64,000 bases of DNA from an uncultured Pseudomonadota bacterium (GTDB lineage Bacteria > Vulcanimicrobiota > Vulcanimicrobiia > Eremiobacterales > Eremiobacteraceae). A program made the translations under genes and the position numbers. Location: contig CAVTNB010000001.1 of the NCBI GenBank assembly GCA_963736005.1, forward strand, positions 512,001-576,000, in the 5' to 3' direction. This document shows positions 49,625 to 58,431 of the stretch, piece by piece (the first letter of the stretch is position 1; every line of letters begins with the position of its first letter). The notes below the pieces were generated by a model. It made no database searches. It worked only from the letters and a program-made list of their open reading frames with translations, and was not told the origin of the DNA.

Positions 49625-49653
49625 AGTATAATCGAACATACGTTCGATGACAA
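49625..49653 (-). promoter_or_regulatory. Sigma70 promoter with LexA box in the spacer
   Basis: Minus strand TTGTCA-tcGAACgtatGTTCgat-TATACT (17-nt spacer). Confidence 0.88.
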
Positions 49654-49739
49654 GGGGGCTTTCCTCACATTTTTGGAAAGCCCCCCAAGGACAGCTTTGC
49701 TGCCTTTTTTACGCCCTCTTGGGAGCCTATCACACGCCG

Positions 49740-51350
49740 ATGAGCGACTTTCCAACAACCGCGCGCGCAATTGTCGACGACATTTTGGTTCATGAACCAA
49801 TCGACGCCACATGGGCTGGAGTCCACACCCACGACGCGGACTACCCCGATCTCTCAGCTGACGGCTTTGCTCACCTCCAGACCCGCGCCAAGGAACACCT
49901 CACTACCCTGCACCGCTACGATCCAGGAGAGCTCACCTCGGAAGAACGGATCGATTGGCATCTCCTCGTTTCCAAGTTTGAGGTTCAATTGCGCGAGCTT
50001 GCCGAGCTTGAACCGCACAAGCATAACCCGTCGCTGTATCCCAACGTCGCCGTGGAAGGCATCTACTCACTTTTGGCGCGCGACTATGCCCCTCTGAGCG
50101 AACGCATGCCGGCCTTGGTGAGCCGCTTAGGAAAGATTCCATCGATCTTCGCGGCCGGGCGCGCGAATCTTGAGCGCTCCCCAGCCATCTGGAGAGAGAT
50201 CGCGATCGAAGAAACGCAAGGGGCGGGAGAATTCTTGCGCGAGACTGTCGGACCGCTCGCGCGCAATCATAGCGCTGCCTTGGGGAGCAACCTTCAGGCG
50301 GCGCTGGCGGCCACTGCCGACTACGAACGATTTTTGACCGCAGATTATGCGACGAGCGATGGTATGCCGTTCGCCATCGGTCGCGATCTGTTCGATTTCA
50401 AACTGAAACGCGAACATCTTCTCGAGCTTGACACGCGCGCACTCTTGGAGTTCGGCGAGCGAGCCGTGCGCACAACCCAAGAGCAGCTCGCGGCGGTGGC
50501 CCACCAGATCGATCCCAAAAAAACGTGGGGACAAATCGTCGATGAGGCGCGCCAGGATCTTCCCCCCGCGCGCTCGCTGCTGGAAGAATACCAAACTGGC
50601 GTCTCAACGACGCGCCAGTTCGTCCAGGATCGCAAATTGGTTTCCATACCTTCGGGCGAATCGCTCCAAGTAGTGGAGACGCCGTTGTTCATGCGCCCCA
50701 CCATCCCGTACGCCGCGTACATGCCCGCGGGCGGCTTCGAGTCTCGACAAAACGGGCTTTACTACGTGACGCCGGTGAATGAGCGTCTCTCTCCCGATCA
50801 GCGCGCCCAGCAAATGCTCGGCCATAATCGCTATGGCATGCTCCTCACAAACGCGCATGAGGGGTACCCTGGCCATCATCTTCAGCTGGTGGTTGCAAGC
50901 GGCGTGAAGTCTCCGGTCAGAAAGCTGTTGTGGAATACCGTCTTTTGCGAAGGCTGGGCGCTGTACTGCGAGCAACTCGTTTTGGAAGAGGGCATCACAA
51001 GCGACCTGCGGCACCGCATCTTCCAGCTCAAGGATCAATTGTGGCGAGCCTGTCGCGTCGTCATTGACGTCAAGCTGCACACCTCGGCGATGACCTTCGA
51101 TGAGGCTGTCGATATGCTCGTCAAGGTTGCCCATCTGGAACGGCCTAATGCCATCGGCGAAGTTCGGCGCTACACGCAGTCCCCTACGCAACCGATGTCA
51201 TACCTGCTCGGCAAGCACCAGATTCTCGAGCTGCGCGAGAGCGAAAAGAAGCGGCGCGGGGAAAACTTTGTAATGCGAGATTTCCACGACCGTCTGCTCT
51301 CATACGGCACGATTCCGGTGGCATTGATCGAACCTACCTTTACAGATTGA
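49740..51350 (+). CDS. DUF885 family protein
   Basis: HEGYPGHHLQ, EGWALYCE, RACRVVID, EVRRY..P.Q..SY..G, FHDRLL..G. Confidence 0.9.
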   Translation: MSDFPTTARAIVDDILVHEPIDATWAGVHTHDADYPDLSADGFAHLQTRAKEHLTTLHRYDPGELTSEERIDWHLLVSKFEVQLRELAELEPHKHNPSLYPNVAVEGIYSLLARDYAPLSERMPALVSRLGKIPSIFAAGRANLERSPAIWREIAIEETQGAGEFLRETVGPLARNHSAALGSNLQAALAATADYERFLTADYATSDGMPFAIGRDLFDFKLKREHLLELDTRALLEFGERAVRTTQEQLAAVAHQIDPKKTWGQIVDEARQDLPPARSLLEEYQTGVSTTRQFVQDRKLVSIPSGESLQVVETPLFMRPTIPYAAYMPAGGFESRQNGLYYVTPVNERLSPDQRAQQMLGHNRYGMLLTNAHEGYPGHHLQLVVASGVKSPVRKLLWNTVFCEGWALYCEQLVLEEGITSDLRHRIFQLKDQLWRACRVVIDVKLHTSAMTFDEAVDMLVKVAHLERPNAIGEVRRYTQSPTQPMSYLLGKHQILELRESEKKRRGENFVMRDFHDRLLSYGTIPVALIEPTFTD

Positions 51351-51360
51351 TGGTGAGGCA

Positions 51361-51753
51361 GGAGCCGATCGCACGCGCAATCCACAGATCATCGCGCATA
51401 CGATCGATGGGATCATTCGAGCCGATCGCATTTTCACGATCCCAGCCATTATCGTGCTGCTCATCGGAGGTTTCGGGGCTGCCACAACTGCACACCTGAA
51501 CCCATTGACCACCGGCTGGATTTTGTGGGGTCTTGGATTTTTCATTATCGCGGGTATTTGCTTCGGTCCGCTCTCGCGCACGCAACGAGCCCTTCGCGAT
51601 CTCGCGCAACAGGCTGCGCAAAGTGGCACAATGGATTGGGCTCGCTACGAGCAGTTATCGAACCGCTGGCGTGTCTTCGGCAGCATCGCAACCATAGCGC
51701 CAATTCTGGCGGTTGTCGTTATGGTCTTAAAGCCGGCGCTGCCCGCGTTTTAA
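51361..51753 (+). pseudogene. DUF2269-like membrane protein lacking its 5' end
   Basis: Frame reads ADRTRNPQIIAHTIDGIIRADRIFTIP...MVLKP but no in-frame start follows the TGA at 51325 until GTG 51454. Confidence 0.6.
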
Positions 51754-51811
51754 CGCGCGAATAAATTCGCGCGACTACATTTGCAAGGGGCGATTTCCAA
51801 TCGCCCCCTAC
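51754..51811 (-). repeat. REP-like doublet (types B and A)
   Basis: Minus strand tgcaaatgtag-ggggcgattggaaatcgcccc then ttgcaaatgtag-tcgcgcgaatttattcgcgcg. Confidence 0.88.
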
Positions 51812-54414
51812 ATTTGCATCAGGGGCAGGACGTTGCGCGTGTCGAGCGCCCGCGAGACAAGCGTGTTCAGGTTATCCAAATGTGCGCGCGTCAGCTCGTC
51901 GAGTTTGTTTGACTTTTGCGCGTACTGGATGTCGGACTGCAGCTGCAGCAGTTTCGCTCGCGCGAGCGACTGCGCATCGTACGGAGTTCCTTGATCTGGT
52001 TTGAGCCACAAGTTCACGAGATATCGTGCGTACCATTGCTGCAGGTTGCGGCGGATCTCGGTCGGAGCGTAGTGACTCGATCGTAGATCACCATAAATGC
52101 TTTGCTGCGCCCAATCGAACAAATCGGTGAGACTCATCGTCTGGCCGGGCTTTGACTTCATGGCAAGATCGTCAAGACGCTGGAGCATCAGCGGCTGGAA
52201 CATTGTCTGCAAGAGAACCGCCTGCGATTGCAACGCGATCTGCGAAATTGGTAAGTCGTGGCGCTCCGGTGGGTTGTACGCCCAGTTCCCACCCCACACC
52301 GGCGCCTGTTCTGTATAGGTGAGGGTGTTCAACAGCGACGGGCTGTAGTTCCAGGCGTTTTGCGAGAACAGATACTGATTGAGAACCCCGAACGCGCGCT
52401 GCTCATCTTTGCGCGCGACGGGTTGAAGCGGCGGCGCTGCTTTGGGATCGCCTTTGTGCGATCGCGAGAGATACTCACCGCCGATAAAGTGTTCGGCAAT
52501 CCCACCGCAGCGTAAGTAGTGCACCATGAGCCAACCAAACGCGTTGTAGCTTTCCTCTGGCGAGTGCCCCGGGCGCGGCCATCGTTGATCCACCACATGC
52601 ATTAGGTGCTGGGTCAGGTCGAGCTGCGTCGTGCACCAGCCCAATGAGTCGTTGGTGAGATCAAACCAGCTCACCCGCGGATCGATCGCGTGGGCGTTGA
52701 AGTACGAGACATCCTCGTCGCTGGCAAAGGTGGTCAACGGATTCGTCCACCCCGCCGCCGCCCAGCGGTGCAGTGTCGGCAGTTCATCTTGTGGGGTCCG
52801 GGCGCCCGGAATTCGGGCGTAGCCCCAATGTATCGCGTAATAATCGTACGGACCAAGAACCGTCTGCCAATAGGAACCCTGTCCTTTTGGTTTCGGCCAC
52901 AAGTTAAGCGGCGCATACTCCATGACGGACGACGCGACGCCCATGCGAGCGGTGAAGGACTTGTCTTGGAGTTGCGCTGCGGTGTAGGCCTGCGAGCCGA
53001 TAAAGTTATGTTGGAAACCCATGTCGTGACCCGACTCGTGAAGAATCGTCGATCTCAGTGAATCCAAATGATAGTGCCAGCTGTCGCCGGGACCATCCAA
53101 CCGATTCATCAAGTCGAGCGCAACGTCGCCGAATTTTGTTTCGGCGAGTTTCTCGGCGGCGAAGCCAAATTGGGGCATACCTAGGCGGCCAGACGAGGTC
53201 CGCGTTGGGGTAATAAAATATTCCCATGCGCTCGTCGGTCCGTATCCCTCAACTGCATCGACTAGAATACCGCTATGGAACAGCTCACCGGTTCGGGGAT
53301 CGTACACCCACTGCGCTTCTGCTCCGAAGCTTGGGTACGCTTCCGTTACCCAGCGCACGACGTTGTAGCGAATGTCGTCCGGATCCCAAGTCGGATCGTT
53401 TGGTTGGTCTTGGACCTCAACGGCATTGCTGATGCCAACCTTCTCGAATGCTTGATTCCATTGCAGCAGCGCTGAGCGGACGGTTGAACGATACTCGTCA
53501 GGAATCGTATTGCTCAGGTAAAACACGACTGGTTTTTTGGCCGGAGATATTGACTTTGTGGGATCTGAAGGTTGCAAATTCCAACGAATGATATAACTAA
53601 CGTTGCGCGAGAGCGTGAGGTCGTTCGTGAAATCAAGGTACGGTGACGCGACATAACCTACGCGATCGTCGAATATGCGAGGCATGTAGTTTTTGTCATC
53701 CGGAGGCTGTGCCAGATTGTACACGACGCGCATTTGAATCGTTCGCGCGTCGGGGGTAGTGTCGACCACGTTTGGATCGTCACTCGCCCATGTTTGGTCC
53801 GCGTCAATGATGACGTTCTGGGGAAAGGCCTTGCTCGGTCCAAACACCGTCCGGGCAGGATCCAAGCGGTACGCGTGCTCGGGCGTTGTTTGCAGCCCCT
53901 GGGACAAAACGGCCTTGAGCCCAAGGACATCATCAAGAAACGGCGCCGCATCGAAGACAACCTTGCCGGCGACCGGGTCTTCGGCTACGATCGGCGCAGT
54001 GGCCACAACCGATGGCGAAAATGACTGTTCAATCGAGCGCTGCCGAGCACTTCCATCGGCCGCTTTGAAGAACGTGTTTGGCCACGTAATGACGATTTTG
54101 TCACCGTTGCGCGTGAACTCAATCAACTTGGTTTGCGCGAACATCGCCTCGCCCCAGACGATCGCCCAACCGCCGAGACCGTTTGAGGGAGCCGCGCTTT
54201 GAATGAAATCCTGGCCGAGCTGCGGCTTCGCGATCTCGATATAGACATGGTCGTTTTTTCGCCACAACGTGAACAGGCCAGGTTGACTGGTTGCGTCGGC
54301 GGTCCACTTTGCATACGGCGCCGGAGGGCCGCCTGCATCATCCGCCCTGGCCGTTTGTGCAAACGCGCCCGCCAGAAACAAGCTGCATACAAAAATCAAA
54401 CCGAGCTTACGCAT
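51808..54414 (-). CDS. Secreted zinc metalloprotease (DUF5117/DUF4953-type)
   Basis: Signal peptide, MPR..DDRVGY, DIRYNVVRW, HESGHDMGFQHNF, SVMEY Met-turn. Confidence 0.9.
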   Translation of the reverse strand: MRKLGLIFVCSLFLAGAFAQTARADDAGGPPAPYAKWTADATSQPGLFTLWRKNDHVYIEIAKPQLGQDFIQSAAPSNGLGGWAIVWGEAMFAQTKLIEFTRNGDKIVITWPNTFFKAADGSARQRSIEQSFSPSVVATAPIVAEDPVAGKVVFDAAPFLDDVLGLKAVLSQGLQTTPEHAYRLDPARTVFGPSKAFPQNVIIDADQTWASDDPNVVDTTPDARTIQMRVVYNLAQPPDDKNYMPRIFDDRVGYVASPYLDFTNDLTLSRNVSYIIRWNLQPSDPTKSISPAKKPVVFYLSNTIPDEYRSTVRSALLQWNQAFEKVGISNAVEVQDQPNDPTWDPDDIRYNVVRWVTEAYPSFGAEAQWVYDPRTGELFHSGILVDAVEGYGPTSAWEYFITPTRTSSGRLGMPQFGFAAEKLAETKFGDVALDLMNRLDGPGDSWHYHLDSLRSTILHESGHDMGFQHNFIGSQAYTAAQLQDKSFTARMGVASSVMEYAPLNLWPKPKGQGSYWQTVLGPYDYYAIHWGYARIPGARTPQDELPTLHRWAAAGWTNPLTTFASDEDVSYFNAHAIDPRVSWFDLTNDSLGWCTTQLDLTQHLMHVVDQRWPRPGHSPEESYNAFGWLMVHYLRCGGIAEHFIGGEYLSRSHKGDPKAAPPLQPVARKDEQRAFGVLNQYLFSQNAWNYSPSLLNTLTYTEQAPVWGGNWAYNPPERHDLPISQIALQSQAVLLQTMFQPLMLQRLDDLAMKSKPGQTMSLTDLFDWAQQSIYGDLRSSHYAPTEIRRNLQQWYARYLVNLWLKPDQGTPYDAQSLARAKLLQLQSDIQYAQKSNKLDELTRAHLDNLNTLVSRALDTRNVLPLMQM

Positions 54415-54539
54415 ATCGGTTGTCAGCCCTCCACAATTGAATGCGCGAAATCAGATGGGCGACCATTCCGCTGCTCACGCCTCGTTCTCCTCGAAACCTG
54501 AAAAAGCAGTCCTTGCGCGCGGGCCGAATAGTTAATGCC

Positions 54540-55040
54540 ATGCTTCGCTTGGTTCTCGGAAGCGGTCTGTTGCTTCGCGGCACCACGCTCTTGCTTGTCA
54601 AAAGTTGTTATGAGCAAGCACCGCTACCGCTGTGGACGCTCCCTGGGGGCCGGCAAGAACCCGGCGAAACGATCGCGCACACCATTGTGCGGGAGTACTT
54701 GGAAGAAACCTCGCTCCAAGTTTGCGTCGACGAGCTCGCCTACGTGAGCGAATCAATCGATGCGAATGCAGACTTGCACGTCGTGAACTGCACCTTTTGG
54801 GTGTCTGAATCAGACCCAGATGCCCAGCCTGCTTCGAACGACCCAAAGGTCGTCGAGGCAAAGTTTGTGCCGGTCCAGGAGGCTCCTGATTTGCTGCGCG
54901 CAGACGTGCTGCGAATTCCAGTCGCCGCGGCGATCGGCGATCGGCTGAGCGGACCTAAAGGTCCGCTGCTCCATTACTACGCATTCGATGCCAAGAATAT
55001 CGTTGTTCCGTTCTTTCAGCTGGGACCAAGCCGTGGCTGA
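54540..55040 (+). CDS. NUDIX hydrolase
   Basis: WTLPGGRQEPGETIAHTIVREYLEETSL. Confidence 0.88.
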   Translation: MLRLVLGSGLLLRGTTLLLVKSCYEQAPLPLWTLPGGRQEPGETIAHTIVREYLEETSLQVCVDELAYVSESIDANADLHVVNCTFWVSESDPDAQPASNDPKVVEAKFVPVQEAPDLLRADVLRIPVAAAIGDRLSGPKGPLLHYYAFDAKNIVVPFFQLGPSRG

Positions 55041-56061
55041 TCTCGTCAACGAGTTTGCGTTCTCGTGGTCGCGGCAAAAAATGTTCTACGATTGCCCGCG
55101 CAAGCTCTATTGGCAGTACTACGGCTCCTGGCAGGGCTGGGAACAAGATGCCCCAGTCTCAGCCAAACTCTCGTACCGCCTCAAGCAACTGAAAAATCTG
55201 TCCATGCTGGTTGGCGAAACCTTTCACGAGGAGCTCGCCGAAATTTTGCGGCGTCGCTCTCCAAAACCCATGACCGTGCCGGTCGCGCAACTCAAGGGCG
55301 ATATGGAACGTCGCCTGCTTCGGCGTTTGCGGGAGTCGCGCAACGCCGATTGGGAGCGCTATGGCGATCCGAAACGCTCGACCATCCTGTTTGAGGATTA
55401 TTACGGCAAAGGCGTCACGGGCGACATGGAGACACAGGCAATCGCAACCCTGCAGCGTTGCGTCGAAGGTCTCGCGTCCGATGGGTTCGGCCGCCGCGCG
55501 TTCGGCGCTCCCGCAGACAAGTTGCGCTATATCGATCCCAAAAATATTAGCGAGAAACGCGTTTCGGTCGACAACCTCGTGCTCTATGCATCGCCAGATC
55601 TCGTGGTGGAAGGAAAAACGGACGGGCTCCACATCGTCGACTGGAAGACCGGTTTACCGCGCCCCCACGACGTCAATGCAGCACAACTTGCTATTTACGG
55701 CATCTTCGTGCAGCAAAAATTCGACATGCCCCTGGAGCGAATGACCGCGCACCTGGTCTACGTAAGCGCGGGCGAACATCGAGAACAAAACGTCGTGGAA
55801 GGCGAACCGGAAGCTCGCCGCGTGATTGCGACGTACGTTGCCGATGTGAAGAGCCGCCTTACCGACGCAGCAGTCAACATCGCCGGCGACATCGAGCGCT
55901 TCCCGATGACCACGAACCTCAACATGTGCCGGAGCTGCAACTTTCGCGAGGTCTGCGGGCGTCTGCGACGAGCCGGCGCAGACACCCAGCAACGAGGAAG
56001 CTTAACTACTCCGTTGGCACGGAATTCGGCGGACCCGTGCGCGCTGCTAGTCCAAGTTTGA
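55033..56061 (+). CDS. Stand-alone PD-(D/E)XK nuclease, RecB/Cas4-like with 4-Cys motif
   Basis: SWSR...CPRK, PDL...IVDWKTG, QLAIY, CRSCNFREVC; true stop may be 56005 if there is a +1 indel near 55966. Confidence 0.85.
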   Translation: MADLVNEFAFSWSRQKMFYDCPRKLYWQYYGSWQGWEQDAPVSAKLSYRLKQLKNLSMLVGETFHEELAEILRRRSPKPMTVPVAQLKGDMERRLLRRLRESRNADWERYGDPKRSTILFEDYYGKGVTGDMETQAIATLQRCVEGLASDGFGRRAFGAPADKLRYIDPKNISEKRVSVDNLVLYASPDLVVEGKTDGLHIVDWKTGLPRPHDVNAAQLAIYGIFVQQKFDMPLERMTAHLVYVSAGEHREQNVVEGEPEARRVIATYVADVKSRLTDAAVNIAGDIERFPMTTNLNMCRSCNFREVCGRLRRAGADTQQRGSLTTPLARNSADPCALLVQV

Positions 56062-57487
56062 GCAATTCGGGCACCGTCACAAAACGGTAGCCTTCCGCTT
56101 TGAGCTCAGCAACGATCAGCTTCGTCGCTTGCACCGTCGCCTCGCGATTGCCGCTTCGTCCGCGATTTCCGTCATGAAGCACGATGATCGAACCATCTTT
56201 GACATACCGCACGACGCGATCGCGGATCACCGTGGGTGGCGGGTTCTGCCAGTCGCGCGGCAGAGGCACCGACCACATGATGACCTCATAACCCATACGT
56301 CTGGCCACGTTAATCACCAAATAGTCGCGGGCACCGAATGGCGGGCGAAAGAGCCGCGTGCGCACCCCGGTGGCCTTTTGGATGGCGGCGTCGGTCTCGG
56401 AGATTTCCAACGCGATATGTGCCGAACGTTCCAGCACCAAATGGGCGTGATCCCAAGTATGATTTCCCAAGGCGTTGCCATCTTTGACTTCCTCGCGCAC
56501 GACATCGGGGTGAGCCTCAACAGCGCGGCCGACCACAAAGAAGGTCGCGACGACGTGCTGGGAATGAAGATAGCTCAAGATTTCGTTCGTGTACGGTGGA
56601 TTCGGCCCGTCATCAAAGGTGAGCGCGACGATCTTTTGCTGAAGCGGCACGCGAGTTACCGTGTGGCCGAACATCTGGCTCGCCGGATTTTCCACAAAAT
56701 ACCACGACGCGGCAAGCAGCACCAAGAGGACAACCACCGCGAGAACGATTCGACGCCAGCTTATGGGAGCATCATCCTTTCCGCTTGAGGGGTTTTTCTT
56801 CAGCAACCGCTGCGCGCTTTGTTGTGTCGGCATGCTTGCAAGTTCGGAGCGAATCAAGTTTTCAGCGTCGATCACGCTCTGCGGTCCAAACGACTTGATT
56901 TCCGTCACGATTTTCAAATAGCGCGGATCGCGCAACGGCCGACCAGCGGAGGCAACCCGCGTCAAATCAAGCGATTTCATTGACTTAGCCGGCAGTCGCA
57001 GCATGAACTCCTGTGCGTTCGTCGTCGCCCAATACTTCGGATCAGAAAACCGAAATGAGCGGCTGCCGCCCTGGTCGCCGAGCGTTTGATCGATCTCAAT
57101 GACATATTGTTCGGTGGAGCGTGGCCGCACCGGTTTGTCATCAGTCTCCCAGATACCGTCCGCGCGAAGTTGTTCGAAGAGAAACGTGCCGCTGGGACCC
57201 GCGAGCGGCACGTCGAATTGTTTGGTGACGGAACCATCTCGATTGGTCGCAGAGAAAAACATACGGAGCGCTCCGTTGTTGTTTGAGATGCGATACGTTT
57301 CAGCAGAAATCGGCCCCACCTGTTTGTACACTTGCATCGTGATGGCCCAGGTGCTGTTTGCGTAGAGCACCTTATCGAGCTGCGGTTCTTGCATCACGAA
57401 CGGTTTGCCGAAAAAAGACATAGCCGACGGTCGCAGAGGACGACGCAAATCGCGACAACCAACCACGATCCTGGTTCGCTCGTTCAA
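56006..57487 (-). CDS. Polysaccharide deacetylase (NodB) joined to an unknown N-terminal domain (possibly two genes)
   Basis: TFDDGP, NHTWDH, FRPPFG, IVLHDG in the C-terminal half after a TM segment. Confidence 0.75.
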   Translation of the reverse strand: MNERTRIVVGCRDLRRPLRPSAMSFFGKPFVMQEPQLDKVLYANSTWAITMQVYKQVGPISAETYRISNNNGALRMFFSATNRDGSVTKQFDVPLAGPSGTFLFEQLRADGIWETDDKPVRPRSTEQYVIEIDQTLGDQGGSRSFRFSDPKYWATTNAQEFMLRLPAKSMKSLDLTRVASAGRPLRDPRYLKIVTEIKSFGPQSVIDAENLIRSELASMPTQQSAQRLLKKNPSSGKDDAPISWRRIVLAVVVLLVLLAASWYFVENPASQMFGHTVTRVPLQQKIVALTFDDGPNPPYTNEILSYLHSQHVVATFFVVGRAVEAHPDVVREEVKDGNALGNHTWDHAHLVLERSAHIALEISETDAAIQKATGVRTRLFRPPFGARDYLVINVARRMGYEVIMWSVPLPRDWQNPPPTVIRDRVVRYVKDGSIIVLHDGNRGRSGNREATVQATKLIVAELKAEGYRFVTVPELLKLGLAARTGPPNSVPTE

Positions 57488-58335
57488 GACTCGGCCGCCA
57501 CTCCGACCACAATGACGGTTGTGAGGGCGCGATAGACCGCCAGCATGTCGTCTGACGAAAAGGCAACCGTGCGCGCCGCGCGGCGTGAGAAGCCGGGCAC
57601 AAGCGTCAGCGCATCTGCTTGCGAGGTTTTCATGGTGTCGATTTCAAGTACTATTGGTGGTGTGAGCGTGAAGAGCTTCGCGTCATCTCGGCGCGTCACC
57701 GCAGCTGCACTTGCCGCACGGAGCGCTTCCTGCACCTCGTGCGGCGAGCGGCACTCGGCCGCGTAATAACTCAGGCTCCTCTTTGTTTCTACCATTTGCG
57801 CCCATGGAAGGTTACGGCGCGCTTCGTCAAGCGTGGTTCGATCTCCCGAGACGAGACCAACCGGGACGCCATAGTAGCCCGCAAGCGCGGCGTTGATCGT
57901 CAACTCTCCCACGACCTGACCCGCGAGCCGGCACTCAAAGATCACGCGAGGGCTATAGGTATGGCCCATGACGGCATCGCGATCGCCAATGGCGCCGTGA
58001 TATCCGAGAAAAAATGCGAGCACGTGTGGTTGCGCATCGATCCCCTCGAGCATGTACAGCGGCTTGGCTTTCCCTGTGACAAGACGAGCCCGAGGATCAA
58101 GGCCGGGGCTAACGAGATTGCGCATGTTGGAGTGCGCATCGTTCACGCACGCGCTGCTGACGCCGGCCGAAAATGCTCCCTCCAGCACGGCATTGACTTC
58201 AGCAATAAGAATCCGCCGCGCGCGGTCGTAGGCGGCTGAATTGCTGGGCCGCACTTCATCCCAATGTACGAGCGTCGCGCAGCCCTCAATATCGGCCGAC
58301 ACATAAACGGCCGCCTGCCGTGCAGAATCTGCCAT
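57484..58335 (-). CDS. dppA: D-aminopeptidase, M55 family
   Basis: SADIEG, NDAH..MRN, GYHG, HTY, SGD. Confidence 0.88.
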   Translation of the reverse strand: MADSARQAAVYVSADIEGCATLVHWDEVRPSNSAAYDRARRILIAEVNAVLEGAFSAGVSSACVNDAHSNMRNLVSPGLDPRARLVTGKAKPLYMLEGIDAQPHVLAFFLGYHGAIGDRDAVMGHTYSPRVIFECRLAGQVVGELTINAALAGYYGVPVGLVSGDRTTLDEARRNLPWAQMVETKRSLSYYAAECRSPHEVQEALRAASAAAVTRRDDAKLFTLTPPIVLEIDTMKTSQADALTLVPGFSRRAARTVAFSSDDMLAVYRALTTVIVVGVAAES

Positions 58336-58431
58336 GCGTCCGCAAGCGTTCGGTCCTTGCAATGCGGCATCCTAGCTTTGGGACGCCTTGACGGGGGTCG
58401 TCACGGTCAGTGACGCGAAAAAATCGCTATT

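Noticed and set aside
55033..56061. CRISPR-associated cas4
   Set aside because: No cas1/cas2 or array; longer than typical Cas4.
58336..58431. SAM riboswitch before the YitJ-like gene
   Set aside because: Region under 100 nt with no S-box consensus.
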